DNA of 64,000 nt from a virus: the IMG/VR virus record IMGVR_UViG_3300044683_000172, positions 1 to 64,000 of that record; one strand, written 5' to 3'. The notes beneath the pieces are model-generated. The model worked only from the letters and a program-made list of their open reading frames with translations. It searched no databases and was not told the origin of the DNA. A program made the translations under genes and the position numbers. Positions 32,725 through 41,738 of this stretch are shown piece by piece. The stretch's first letter is position 1. Every line of letters starts with the position of its first letter.

Positions 32725-33858
32725 ATGAACATCATCAACGAAACTCCCAAGCGACCGCTCTACATCTTCGACCTGGATGGCACCGTTTCATCGGACGGCT
32801 GGCGCAAGCATCTTCTGCCGAAACACCCGGACGGCCAGCCGCGTGCGGAGAATGATGGAACGATTCCCCACGATGCGTACGACAAGTACCATTCCCTGCT
32901 GGGCGGCGATATGCCCATGTACGCTGGATTCAAGTGCCTGAAGCGTGCCATTGCTTTGGGCGCCTTCATCGTTTTCTTCACGGCACGGCCGACGTCTTAT
33001 CACGAAAAGACTGTTGAATGGCTGGAAAAGTTTCTCGGCAACTTCGATTACTGGCTTTACATGCGTGACGATGATGATCTTCGCGGCTCCGTTGAGCTCA
33101 AGTTGGATATGTTGAGCCGTCTCAAAGAAACGCTGAAGTTGAGCGCCCATTGGCACTTGGAAACCATCGCCATCTACGATGACCGAGCCGATGTTCTTGG
33201 AGCAATCGGCAGCACCGGCATCAACGCCTTCCGTATCACCGAGAACAATGAAGTTGTGATGGTCTCGTATCACAACGGACATAAATTCCCGAAGGAGATG
33301 TCTGCTCTTCACGAACAGATCAACGCCGGAGCCGCCGGGAATTGCGACCCCAACAAAAAACAAGACGCGAACGTCAAGGCCATCGAAGAAACGAAAACCA
33401 TTGGCGATATCTCGATCAAGACGCGAACCGAATTCGTCGCGCCTGCCAATCACGTCAGCGGATTCGTTGATAAACCCGAATCCCTGGCCAAAGCCATTGG
33501 AAATGCATGGGAGGCTGTGATGGGCCTTACCGGGAAGCCCGTTCGAGAAACGAGCGCGGCCGACCTGCTGGACGAAATGGCCGCGACGTTCCGAGAGCGC
33601 AACAAGGTGTACGGCAACAACGAGAAGCTGGTTGGCGACGTGATGTCCGCGATGTTTCCGAATGGCGTGACGCTCCGGACGGCAGCAGACTTTCGCATGT
33701 GGCACCTGTTTGAATTGAAGGTGGTGAAGTTGACACGTTTCGCTGTCTCCGGCCTGCAGCACCAAGACTCCATCCACGACGACGGCGTTTATAGCGCCAT
33801 GTGTGAACGTCTGGTTGGTACCCACAACATTCAAATCAACCAGGACGAATCGGAGTGA
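32725..33858 (+). CDS. fusion of a HAD-superfamily phosphatase (T4 Pnk-phosphatase-like) and a C-terminal all-alpha NTP-pyrophosphohydrolase-like domain
   Basis: LYIFDLDGTV (motif I), FFTARP (II), IYDDRADV (IV). The C-terminal FRERNKVYGNNE...WHLFELKVVKLTRF...HQDSIHDDGVYSAM resembles DUF1599/DUF6378-type domains. Confidence 0.7.
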   Translation: MNIINETPKRPLYIFDLDGTVSSDGWRKHLLPKHPDGQPRAENDGTIPHDAYDKYHSLLGGDMPMYAGFKCLKRAIALGAFIVFFTARPTSYHEKTVEWLEKFLGNFDYWLYMRDDDDLRGSVELKLDMLSRLKETLKLSAHWHLETIAIYDDRADVLGAIGSTGINAFRITENNEVVMVSYHNGHKFPKEMSALHEQINAGAAGNCDPNKKQDANVKAIEETKTIGDISIKTRTEFVAPANHVSGFVDKPESLAKAIGNAWEAVMGLTGKPVRETSAADLLDEMAATFRERNKVYGNNEKLVGDVMSAMFPNGVTLRTAADFRMWHLFELKVVKLTRFAVSGLQHQDSIHDDGVYSAMCERLVGTHNIQINQDESE

Positions 33859-33860
33859 CC

Positions 33861-34268
33861 ATGGAAGACAAATTCTCTGAAGACAATCCGAAATACGGAA
33901 TGCCACCGTTGAATGATTATGACCGCCGAAAGGAGTTGCAGGAAGCCGATTTGTTGCCTGCTTACAGTCACTTCTCCCAGCTGAATCCGGCCGAGCAAGA
34001 GCGGCTGACGCTTTTGTACGAAGAGGCCAGCGAAGTCATCAAGGAAGTGGCCAAGATTCAGCGACACGGCTTTGAGTCGCGCAATCCGGATAATCCGATG
34101 GCGAACACCAACCGGCAGAATTTGGCCATCGAAATCGGTCAACTTCAGTTTATCATCAACGTTCTGAAAGAGCGCGGCGATGTGGACGGAAAATTGGTTG
34201 ATCACGTCGCCAAGGAGCGCCATCTTTCCATCAACCGTTACCTCCACCACAACAAATTTCGAGCATGA
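33861..34268 (+). CDS. MazG-like NTP pyrophosphohydrolase
   Basis: LTLLYEEASEVIKEVAKIQRHG...NLAIEIGQLQFIINVL fits the EExxE/ExxD all-alpha NTP-PPase pattern. GTG at 33855 is an alternative start. Confidence 0.7.
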   Translation: MEDKFSEDNPKYGMPPLNDYDRRKELQEADLLPAYSHFSQLNPAEQERLTLLYEEASEVIKEVAKIQRHGFESRNPDNPMANTNRQNLAIEIGQLQFIINVLKERGDVDGKLVDHVAKERHLSINRYLHHNKFRA

Positions 34269-34984
34269 ACTCCTTTGTGAACAAAACGTCTGACAACCGA
34301 CTCGCCGGCAAATCCTTCATCGTCACCGGCGCTGGCGCTGGTCTGGGCGCGGCGATCTGCCGACGCCTGAATGAATCCGGAGCGCGTACGTACGGCATCG
34401 ACATCAAGTGGGGAAGCGATGTGCGTGACCCGGCCATCTGGGATGCTTACAAGGGATGGGATATCGACGGCCTGATCAACTGCGCTGGCATCAACGCCAA
34501 CGACTGGTTTGAGGATGTTAGCCCTTTCCAGTTGCAGAACGTTATGGAAGTGAACGCATTCTCGATGGTGTACGCCGTGCAAGGTTTGCTGCCGCAGCTG
34601 CACAAATCGTCGGGCGTCGTCGTCAACATCGTATCCAACGCCGCTAGTATGCCGATGACCTCGTCTCTGGCCTACAACATGTCCAAGGCGGCAGCGCTGA
34701 TGGCCACGAAGCAGATGGCGCACGAGCTTACGAAGAAATACGGGATCACCGTCTTCAGCGTCTCGCCGAACAAGCTGAAAGGCACCGAGATGTCCAAGCA
34801 GATCGAGGCCGACGTGCAACGCGTTCGCGGCTGGACGCCCGAATTCGCCGCCGACTATCAGGCCAAGTCGCTTATGCACGGGCTGGAGACGCCGCCGGAA
34901 ATGGTCGCTGAGGTCATCGTCAATGCTCTAGAAACCGGCGCGTGGAAGTATATGAGCGGGACTGACATTCCGGTCGGCAAGTAA
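34265..34984 (+). CDS. short-chain dehydrogenase/reductase (SDR)
   Basis: TGAGAGLGAAI cofactor motif, NCAG, and catalytic YNMSKAA. Confidence 0.9.
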   Translation: MNSFVNKTSDNRLAGKSFIVTGAGAGLGAAICRRLNESGARTYGIDIKWGSDVRDPAIWDAYKGWDIDGLINCAGINANDWFEDVSPFQLQNVMEVNAFSMVYAVQGLLPQLHKSSGVVVNIVSNAASMPMTSSLAYNMSKAAALMATKQMAHELTKKYGITVFSVSPNKLKGTEMSKQIEADVQRVRGWTPEFAADYQAKSLMHGLETPPEMVAEVIVNALETGAWKYMSGTDIPVGK

Positions 34985-35022
34985 GCGCGTATCATCAACT
35001 TTCTCAACTTCAAGGATTCACC

Positions 35023-35691
35023 ATGACCCAACTGAAATTCCGCATCGAACAAATCGCCCTGGCTCCTGCCAACACCGGCCGCGCCATCAAGCTTCTTTCC
35101 GACCTCGGCCTCACCGACTGGTTCAAGGACAACGTGGTGGCCAGCGGGCATGTGTACGGCGTTCCTGGCCAGAACAGCGCCCTTTTGCAGTTCAACTACC
35201 AAGCCGGCAACGGCAACGATCCGGCCGGCAAGCCGTTGGAGTTGGAAGTGCTGAAGTACGTGGACGGCAACAACTGGCTGAACTATCGCCCGGACAACAC
35301 CACGTCGCATCTGGGCATGCACGTCACGAGCGAAGAACTGTACGCCTTCCAGAAGTATTTCGAGCGCGAAGGCATCCCCGTTGCCCAGGCCGTTTGGACG
35401 GATGCGCACACAAATCCCGCCATCGCCGGCAAGCGTTTCTACAACTACGTCATCTTCGATACACACCAGATCATCGGCGTCGATCTGAAGTTCATCGTGC
35501 GCCATGACGTCACGCAAGTGGAGCAGAAAGAATCGCGCTTGCATCGCAATGGCGAAATCACGAGCAATGTCAAGGTCGAAATCGATACGAAGGACATCGA
35601 CCGTGCCGTCAAGCGCGCTCTGTCCGCCAAGAAGACTGTCGCCAAGCCTGCCAAGCCGGTCGGGCGCAAAACCGCTGTGCGCTCGAAATAA
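35023..35691 (+). CDS. VOC (glyoxalase/dioxygenase-fold)-like protein with basic tail
   Basis: IEQIALAPANTGRAIKLLSDLG..., LELEVLKY, SHLGMHVTSEEL are typical paired beta-alpha-beta-beta-beta module strings. Lys-rich C-terminus. Confidence 0.5.
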   Translation: MTQLKFRIEQIALAPANTGRAIKLLSDLGLTDWFKDNVVASGHVYGVPGQNSALLQFNYQAGNGNDPAGKPLELEVLKYVDGNNWLNYRPDNTTSHLGMHVTSEELYAFQKYFEREGIPVAQAVWTDAHTNPAIAGKRFYNYVIFDTHQIIGVDLKFIVRHDVTQVEQKESRLHRNGEITSNVKVEIDTKDIDRAVKRALSAKKTVAKPAKPVGRKTAVRSK

Positions 35692-35718
35692 GACGCCGAC
35701 CTTATAATCGGCCCGCAA

Positions 35719-35754
35719 GGCCGGGAAGCTGCAAGGCTTTCCGGCCTTTTACTT
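35719..35754 (+). terminator. rho-independent terminator
   Basis: GGCCGGGAAGC-TGCAAG-GCTTTCCGGCC (one G-U pair) followed by TTTTACTT. Confidence 0.7.
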
Positions 35755-35778
35755 AGAGCCAATAGAAAGGAGAATTTC

Positions 35779-36342
35779 ATGATATTCGCAGTAGCGGATA
35801 CGGAAACTACTGGCCTGCCATTCCATCGCGCGGCGCGACTCGATCAGCAGCCGCGCATCATCGAAATCGCAGGCGTCATAACGGACGGTGTTGATGTTCT
35901 GGACAAGTTCGAGTGCATCGTCAACCCCGGCGTGGCAATCGAACAGATCATCACCGACATCACCGGGTTGACGAATGCCGATTTGGCCGATAAGCCGGCA
36001 TTCAAGGACGTCATTCCGCAGGTTGCCGAGTTCTTCGGTAAAGCAGACGCCTGCATCTTCCACAACGCATCATTCGACCGATCCATGTTTGCCTATGATC
36101 TCCAACGCATCGGCTTGGAGTTGGACGCGATCAACTGGCCTGAGCTCACCATCTGTACCGTTGAAGAGACGATGCCGCGATATGGGCGCCGCATGAAGCT
36201 GGAAGAGCTTTACAACCTTCACTGCGGCGAATATGTCCAGAAGCACAGAGCATTGGACGACGTTTTGCTGCTTCATCAGGTCTGCATCAGGACAGGCGTT
36301 TACAGCGCATACAAGCAAACAGAAGAGATGAGGGCGCTATGA
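35779..36342 (+). CDS. dnaQ: DnaQ-like (DEDDh) 3'-5' exonuclease
   Basis: ExoI FAVADTETTGL, ExoII HNASFDRSMF, ExoIII HRALDDVLLL. Confidence 0.9.
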   Translation: MIFAVADTETTGLPFHRAARLDQQPRIIEIAGVITDGVDVLDKFECIVNPGVAIEQIITDITGLTNADLADKPAFKDVIPQVAEFFGKADACIFHNASFDRSMFAYDLQRIGLELDAINWPELTICTVEETMPRYGRRMKLEELYNLHCGEYVQKHRALDDVLLLHQVCIRTGVYSAYKQTEEMRAL

Positions 36343-36500
36343 ATTGTGACATCTGCAAAAAGCCGTTGAGCGAAGACCCGAAGAAGGACAATTACAACTG
36401 CGGCGGTACATGCATGCGCTGCATGGCGTCGTTTGATGATCCTGAGTGCAAGAAGGCCATCGCTGAAATCGACGGTATTGAGTTGGAGGATGAGCAATGA
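36339..36500 (+). CDS. small zinc-ribbon protein (53 aa) coupled between dnaQ and dnaE
   Basis: MNCDICKKPL...CGGTCMRCMASFDDPEC. ATGA overlaps at both ends. Confidence 0.45.
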   Translation: MNCDICKKPLSEDPKKDNYNCGGTCMRCMASFDDPECKKAIAEIDGIELEDEQ

Positions 36501-39349
36501 ATCTACCACAACTGCGAGTCCGCACCGGCTATTCTTTCCGCAATGCCTATGGGAGAATGGAAGAAGTCTTCGCGCGACTGAAAGAAATCGAATCTCCGTC
36601 AGCCGCTATCGTTGACTGGGGCACATGGGGGCATGTACGTTTCGAGAAGGAAGCGAAAAAGACCGGCATTAAGCCTATGTTTGGGATGGAAGTTCCGATC
36701 ATCCAAACCATGGAAGACGGCGAGAAATCTAAGTTCAAACCTGTCGCATGGATGCTGGCTGCCGATACGCGCGCCTTCTATCGCGGAACGACGAAGGCCT
36801 GGGCCGAACGAGGGTTGTCGCCGGCCGAGTTCGCAGCGCTGCCCGGTGTCGTACGCTTCGCGGGCGCAGCATCCCGGGTCTTGACCCCAGACCAGTACGA
36901 TTTCATCGACGTCAACCCGGCATCGATTTCCGAAGCGGCACGAGGCGTGTGGATCGCGCGCGAAACTGGCAAGCCTCTGGTCATCACCTGTTACAACGAC
37001 ATGCCGAAGCCGGATCACATGGACTTCGCGTATGCGTGGGAAGTTCGGGATTCGGTCGGCCATCGCTTCTTGGACGGCATCGATGAGCTTTGGAAGCGAC
37101 TTCAGCGCGTGATGTCGTGGAGCGAATTCCAAGCCGCAATCGACAACACCGTGGAAATTGCCGACAAGCTTGCTGGCAAGGAACTGCCCAAGGCACCTCT
37201 GATTCACCTGGAAGGCGATCTGGTTGCCCTGATCCGAGAAGGGCAGCAATCGCGCTTGCAGCGAGGTCACATCGCGGAATGGACCCAGGAATATGAGGAT
37301 CGTGTTCAAGAAGAGATCAAGCAAATTCAGCTGAAGAACTTCGACAGCTACTTTCTTGTTGTTGCTGATCTCGTCCGATTTGCAAAACAGCACATGCTGG
37401 TCGGACCCGCTCGCGGCTCGGCGGCAGGTTCATTGGTCTGCTATCTTCTCGGCATCACAGAAGTCGATCCTATTCCCCACGACCTTCTGTTCCAGCGGTT
37501 CATCGACATCAGCCGCGCTGACCTTCCGGATATCGACATCGACTTTGCCGACAACAAGCGTCATATGGTGTTCACGTACTTGCAAGAAAAGTACGGAACG
37601 CAGAACGTCGCCAAGCTTGGGAATATCAACACGCTGAAGGCCAACTCTGTGATGGCGCAAGTCGGCAAGCGTTTCGGCATTTCTTTCGGCGAAACTTCCC
37701 AAGTCAAAAATGCGCTCATTGAATACTCTTCTGGCGATGCTCGATACGGAAAAGGTTTGGAAGATACCTTCTCCACCACCGGACCCGGACAGGAATTCAC
37801 CCAGAAGCATCCGGACGCCGCGCGATGCATGGGCGACCTCGAAATCCATCCAAGTCATACAGGCGTACACGCTGCGGGCATCCTCGTCTGTAATGATCCA
37901 ATCAGCGATTACTGCACGGTCACCGAAGAAGGCGTGGCACAAATCGATAAGCCGGATTCTGAGTATCTGAACCTGCTGAAGATCGACGCGCTTGGCTTGC
38001 GTACTCTGGGCATCATCGATGATACGGGCGTCGTCACGGCCGAAGAACTCTACAGTCTGCGACTTGACGATCCCGCCGTGTTCGAAATCCTCAATGAGGA
38101 CAAGGTGAGTGGCATCTTCCAGTTTGAAGGGGATGCCGTTCGATCTGTGACGCGCTCTGTTAACGTGGATCGGTTCTCGAAAATCGACAACTTGACAGCT
38201 CTGGCGCGGCCCGGCCCGCTCGCGTCCGGTATGGCCCAAAAGTACATCGCCCGCGCCAACGGATCGGAGCCTGTTACGTACGATGTTCCGCAGCTGGAGA
38301 AGTACCTAAAGGACACGTACGGCGTTTTCCTTTACCAAGAGCAGATCATGTCCGTGGTGAAGGAAATTGGCTTGTTCGACTGGGTGAAGACTTCTGCTGT
38401 CCGAAAGGCCATGTCTGGTCGAAAGGGCGAAGAATACTTCAACCAGATGGGTGCCGACTTTGTTGCAGGCGCGACTTCGCAAGGAGTGCCGGAAGATCAG
38501 GCCAAGAAGATTTGGAACGAGATGGTGACGTTCGGCTCTTGGGGCTTCAATAAATCGCACTCGGTCTCATATGCCGTCGTGACGTATTGGACTTGCTGGC
38601 TCAAGCGTTATCATCCACTGGAGTTTGCCGCAGCCTGTCTGCGCGCGGCGAAAGACGATGATCAAGTAATCGCAATTCTTCGAGAATTGGCCAAGGAAGG
38701 AATCCATTACACGCCAATCGATCCGTCGTTCAGCGATATGAATTGGAAGGTGGCCGATGGCCGACTGATCGGCGGCATCATGAATGCCAAGGGTTTTGGA
38801 CCGGCCAAGGCGATGAAGTACATCCAGGATCGCGAGAAATGGAAGAGGCTTCGCGACTTGGGGCCGCTGACGAAGAAGGATACGGCGCTGTACCTGAAGC
38901 ACGTCGAATCGCTCGCCAAGGCTGAGGTCCAATACTCCGACTTGAATGAAGCGCACACCAAGTGGGGCCACTTCTATCGGAACCCGGAACTGGCCGGCGT
39001 TACGTCCGGCAACCCTATCGTCAACATGAAGTCGGTGAAGGACAAAGACGATGGTCTGATCATCGCCAAGCTGACCAAGAAGGTTTTGGCCGACGAGAAC
39101 GAAGCCATTCGGATCAAAAAGCGCGGCGGGAAAGTCATGACCGGCCAGACGCAGTTCATCGACTTGATGATGGTGGACGATTCCGCCGACTCGCCGATGC
39201 GTTTCCGTATCCGCCCTAACAAGTTCCTTGACCTAGGCAAGCCCATCGCGGAAACCGCTCCGATCAATTCTTGGTTTCTGATCAAAGCATGGAAGATCGA
39301 AGGAATTGATATGTTCATCGTTAAGAACATAAAGAGGATCGACCAATGA
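36497..39349 (+). CDS. dnaE: DNA polymerase III alpha subunit (DnaE-type replicative polymerase)
   Basis: 950 aa. GPARGSAAGSLVCYLLGITEVDP, PDIDIDF, and fingers/beta-binding region FNKSHSVSYA. The N-terminal PHP motif is degenerate (LRVRTGYS). Confidence 0.95.
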   Translation: MNLPQLRVRTGYSFRNAYGRMEEVFARLKEIESPSAAIVDWGTWGHVRFEKEAKKTGIKPMFGMEVPIIQTMEDGEKSKFKPVAWMLAADTRAFYRGTTKAWAERGLSPAEFAALPGVVRFAGAASRVLTPDQYDFIDVNPASISEAARGVWIARETGKPLVITCYNDMPKPDHMDFAYAWEVRDSVGHRFLDGIDELWKRLQRVMSWSEFQAAIDNTVEIADKLAGKELPKAPLIHLEGDLVALIREGQQSRLQRGHIAEWTQEYEDRVQEEIKQIQLKNFDSYFLVVADLVRFAKQHMLVGPARGSAAGSLVCYLLGITEVDPIPHDLLFQRFIDISRADLPDIDIDFADNKRHMVFTYLQEKYGTQNVAKLGNINTLKANSVMAQVGKRFGISFGETSQVKNALIEYSSGDARYGKGLEDTFSTTGPGQEFTQKHPDAARCMGDLEIHPSHTGVHAAGILVCNDPISDYCTVTEEGVAQIDKPDSEYLNLLKIDALGLRTLGIIDDTGVVTAEELYSLRLDDPAVFEILNEDKVSGIFQFEGDAVRSVTRSVNVDRFSKIDNLTALARPGPLASGMAQKYIARANGSEPVTYDVPQLEKYLKDTYGVFLYQEQIMSVVKEIGLFDWVKTSAVRKAMSGRKGEEYFNQMGADFVAGATSQGVPEDQAKKIWNEMVTFGSWGFNKSHSVSYAVVTYWTCWLKRYHPLEFAAACLRAAKDDDQVIAILRELAKEGIHYTPIDPSFSDMNWKVADGRLIGGIMNAKGFGPAKAMKYIQDREKWKRLRDLGPLTKKDTALYLKHVESLAKAEVQYSDLNEAHTKWGHFYRNPELAGVTSGNPIVNMKSVKDKDDGLIIAKLTKKVLADENEAIRIKKRGGKVMTGQTQFIDLMMVDDSADSPMRFRIRPNKFLDLGKPIAETAPINSWFLIKAWKIEGIDMFIVKNIKRIDQ

Positions 39350-39438
39350 AGTTCATTGATTTCATCATGTTGTGCGTGGCTCTTCTGTTGGCCGCGCACG
39401 TCGCCATTCAACAAAGCCTAGGAGTTATGTGGGCATGA
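39346..39438 (+). CDS. possible 30-aa hydrophobic peptide
   Basis: MKFIDFIMLCVALLLAAHVAIQQSLGVMWA. ATGA overlaps with the dnaE stop and the next start. Confidence 0.3.
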   Translation: MKFIDFIMLCVALLLAAHVAIQQSLGVMWA

Positions 39439-39878
39439 GCCGACTGAAAGAGCAACGCGAATGGGATGTCTTCAGCAAGCATGCTGCAGGCCGTCTTCTT
39501 TTGCATCGGGTGGAAAACTCGGTGCGCGAATCGATGCCGGATGTGATCGGCGAAAACCGCGATGGGAAGGCATTCTGGCTGGAACTCAAGGCACTATATG
39601 AATGGCCGAAGCGCGCGACTACGAAGCCATTGCGCGGCGCATTCGAAAAGGGCCAGATTCCATTCGGCAAAGAGTGGATCATGTGGGGCGGCAATGCGTA
39701 CGTGCTGTTGCGAGTCGGACAAGATGAATGGTTTTTGCTCTCTTGCAAGCCGCGAATCATCGGAATGACTTGGCCGGAGAACAGCATCGATCTGGCAGAT
39801 ATGACGCGAGATCAAATCAACTCATCGGCCGTTGCAATCGGACTTGAACCAATCATCGAATTCTTGGAGCAACTATGA
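39435..39878 (+). CDS. VRR-NUC / PD-(D/E)xK nuclease
   Basis: Internal ATG. MPDVIGENRDGKAFWLELK gives the D...ExK motif. Confidence 0.65.
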   Translation: MSRLKEQREWDVFSKHAAGRLLLHRVENSVRESMPDVIGENRDGKAFWLELKALYEWPKRATTKPLRGAFEKGQIPFGKEWIMWGGNAYVLLRVGQDEWFLLSCKPRIIGMTWPENSIDLADMTRDQINSSAVAIGLEPIIEFLEQL

Positions 39879-41341
39879 AGACAAAAGGAATGATCCACCA
39901 GTTGATCGGCCTCAATCGAATGGAAGGAAAGCGCAACTTCGCGCTTCTGATGGAGCAGGGGACAGGCAAGACGTGGGTCAGCATGGCTGATGCCGAGCGC
40001 TGCTTCATCGCCGACAAGATCGATGCGCTGCTGGTCTTCGCTCCGAATGGCGTGCACATCAACTGGACGCGCCGCGAGATTCCGACGCACATGGAAGTCC
40101 CGACGGTCACGTATGCATGGAAAGGCAAACCGACCAGCAAGCGTGCGATTGCCGCTCACGAAAAGCTGTATGCCACTCATTTCGCGCAGCCGACTCTTCG
40201 CGTGTTCACAATCAACTTCGAAGCCGTCAACACCGCTGCTGGCTATGAAGCCGTGGAGCGGTTCCTTGGCACGTTCCGAGTCATGTGCGTGGTCGATGAA
40301 TCGACGCGCATCAAGAATCCGTCGGCGAAGCGGACAAAGAAGATCGTGAAGCTGGGGCGAATGGCGACTGCTCGACGAATCCTCAGCGGCACGCCTCTGA
40401 CCAAAGCACCAACGGACCTTTACAGTCAATTCGACTTCCTGAAGTCAGGGTTGCTCGGGACCACATCTTATCGCGCTTTCGTTGCGGAGCACGCAGTGCT
40501 GCTCACTGAAGACGATCCGAAGATGAAGGCCATCATGCGCAAGCTTGCTGGAAAGACTTTCGGCATGCCTCAAGTTGTCGCAGAGGACGAGAACGGAAAC
40601 AAGCAGTGGCGAAATCTTGAACGTCTTCGCGACATGATTGCGCCCCATTCGTATCGTGTCAGAAAAGAGGATTGCTTGGACCTTCCGCCGAAGGTCTACA
40701 AGCGCGTTTACTTTGAGTTGGACGCAAAGCAGCGCCGAGTCTATGATTTGCTGAAGGAAGACTACCACTACGTCCACTTGGATTCGGAAGATATGTCATT
40801 CCAGGCAATCGCCGCGCGGACAAAGTTGAAGCAAGTGGTGTCTGGATTCATCAACATCCACGGCGAGCCGTTCCTGATCGACCCGAAGGAAAACCCGCGA
40901 ATGTCGGTGTTCAAGGAGTTGATCGAAGGGATCGAAGGACAGTTCATCGTCTGGGCGATGTTTGAAGAAGAAATCAAACAGATCATGGACGCCCTTTCAG
41001 ATGCCGGGATCAGCGCGGCTGCATACTATGGAGCCACGCCGAAAGAAGAGCGCGAACAGATCATCGACGACTTCCAGAGCGGTCGGTTGACCGTATTTGT
41101 CGGCCACGCTGCAGCGGCAGGGATCGGCATTACGCTGACGGCCGCGCAGACTGCCATTTATTATTCGTGCTCATTCGACAATGAGCTTCGGCTCCAGTCG
41201 GAAGATCGATGCCACCGGATCGGGACGAAGGGCACCGTGGTCTATTACGACATCATCGCAGAAGACACGATTGATGAAGATGTCGTGCGGTCTTTGGCCA
41301 TCAAATCGCATCTGGCCGATGTGGTGATCGACGGTAAGTGA
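39875..41341 (+). CDS. SNF2-family helicase/ATPase
   Basis: MEQGTGKT (motif I), VVDESTRIKN (II), LSGTPLTKAP (III), and C-terminal QSEDRCHRIG. Confidence 0.9.
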   Translation: MKTKGMIHQLIGLNRMEGKRNFALLMEQGTGKTWVSMADAERCFIADKIDALLVFAPNGVHINWTRREIPTHMEVPTVTYAWKGKPTSKRAIAAHEKLYATHFAQPTLRVFTINFEAVNTAAGYEAVERFLGTFRVMCVVDESTRIKNPSAKRTKKIVKLGRMATARRILSGTPLTKAPTDLYSQFDFLKSGLLGTTSYRAFVAEHAVLLTEDDPKMKAIMRKLAGKTFGMPQVVAEDENGNKQWRNLERLRDMIAPHSYRVRKEDCLDLPPKVYKRVYFELDAKQRRVYDLLKEDYHYVHLDSEDMSFQAIAARTKLKQVVSGFINIHGEPFLIDPKENPRMSVFKELIEGIEGQFIVWAMFEEEIKQIMDALSDAGISAAAYYGATPKEEREQIIDDFQSGRLTVFVGHAAAAGIGITLTAAQTAIYYSCSFDNELRLQSEDRCHRIGTKGTVVYYDIIAEDTIDEDVVRSLAIKSHLADVVIDGK

Positions 41342-41405
41342 TGGTTGCCGGGGCCATGCGACTCCGGCAAAATAGCGCCAACTAGAACCACGAGAAAGGA
41401 ACCAA

Positions 41406-41738
41406 ATGGCACGAGTATTCATCCCACAGGTAGTCACGCGATTCAATCCCGTCTCGAAGACAAAAGAGCCGGTTTTTGACTTCAGCGCCGCCGCGCAGCA
41501 TGGGACTCTGATCAACGTGCTGAGTGAAGAGGACAATCCCCTGTTTCTGGCCCATCTTGCTCCAAAGATTCGAAAGGCTTTGGATGATTTCAAGGAAGAG
41601 GATCGGTTGCTGGCCGTTGGCGACCCCTCTGTGATCGCCATTTGCAGCGGCATCATCCTGCGGCGACAACGAGTCCTCAACATGCTTAAGTGGGATCGCA
41701 AGCTGCAAGTTTACATCAATGTGGAGGTAAGACCATGA
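41406..41738 (+). CDS. hypothetical protein
   Basis: 110-aa ORF, GAAAGGAA SD. Confidence 0.55.
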   Translation: MARVFIPQVVTRFNPVSKTKEPVFDFSAAAQHGTLINVLSEEDNPLFLAHLAPKIRKALDDFKEEDRLLAVGDPSVIAICSGIILRRQRVLNMLKWDRKLQVYINVEVRP

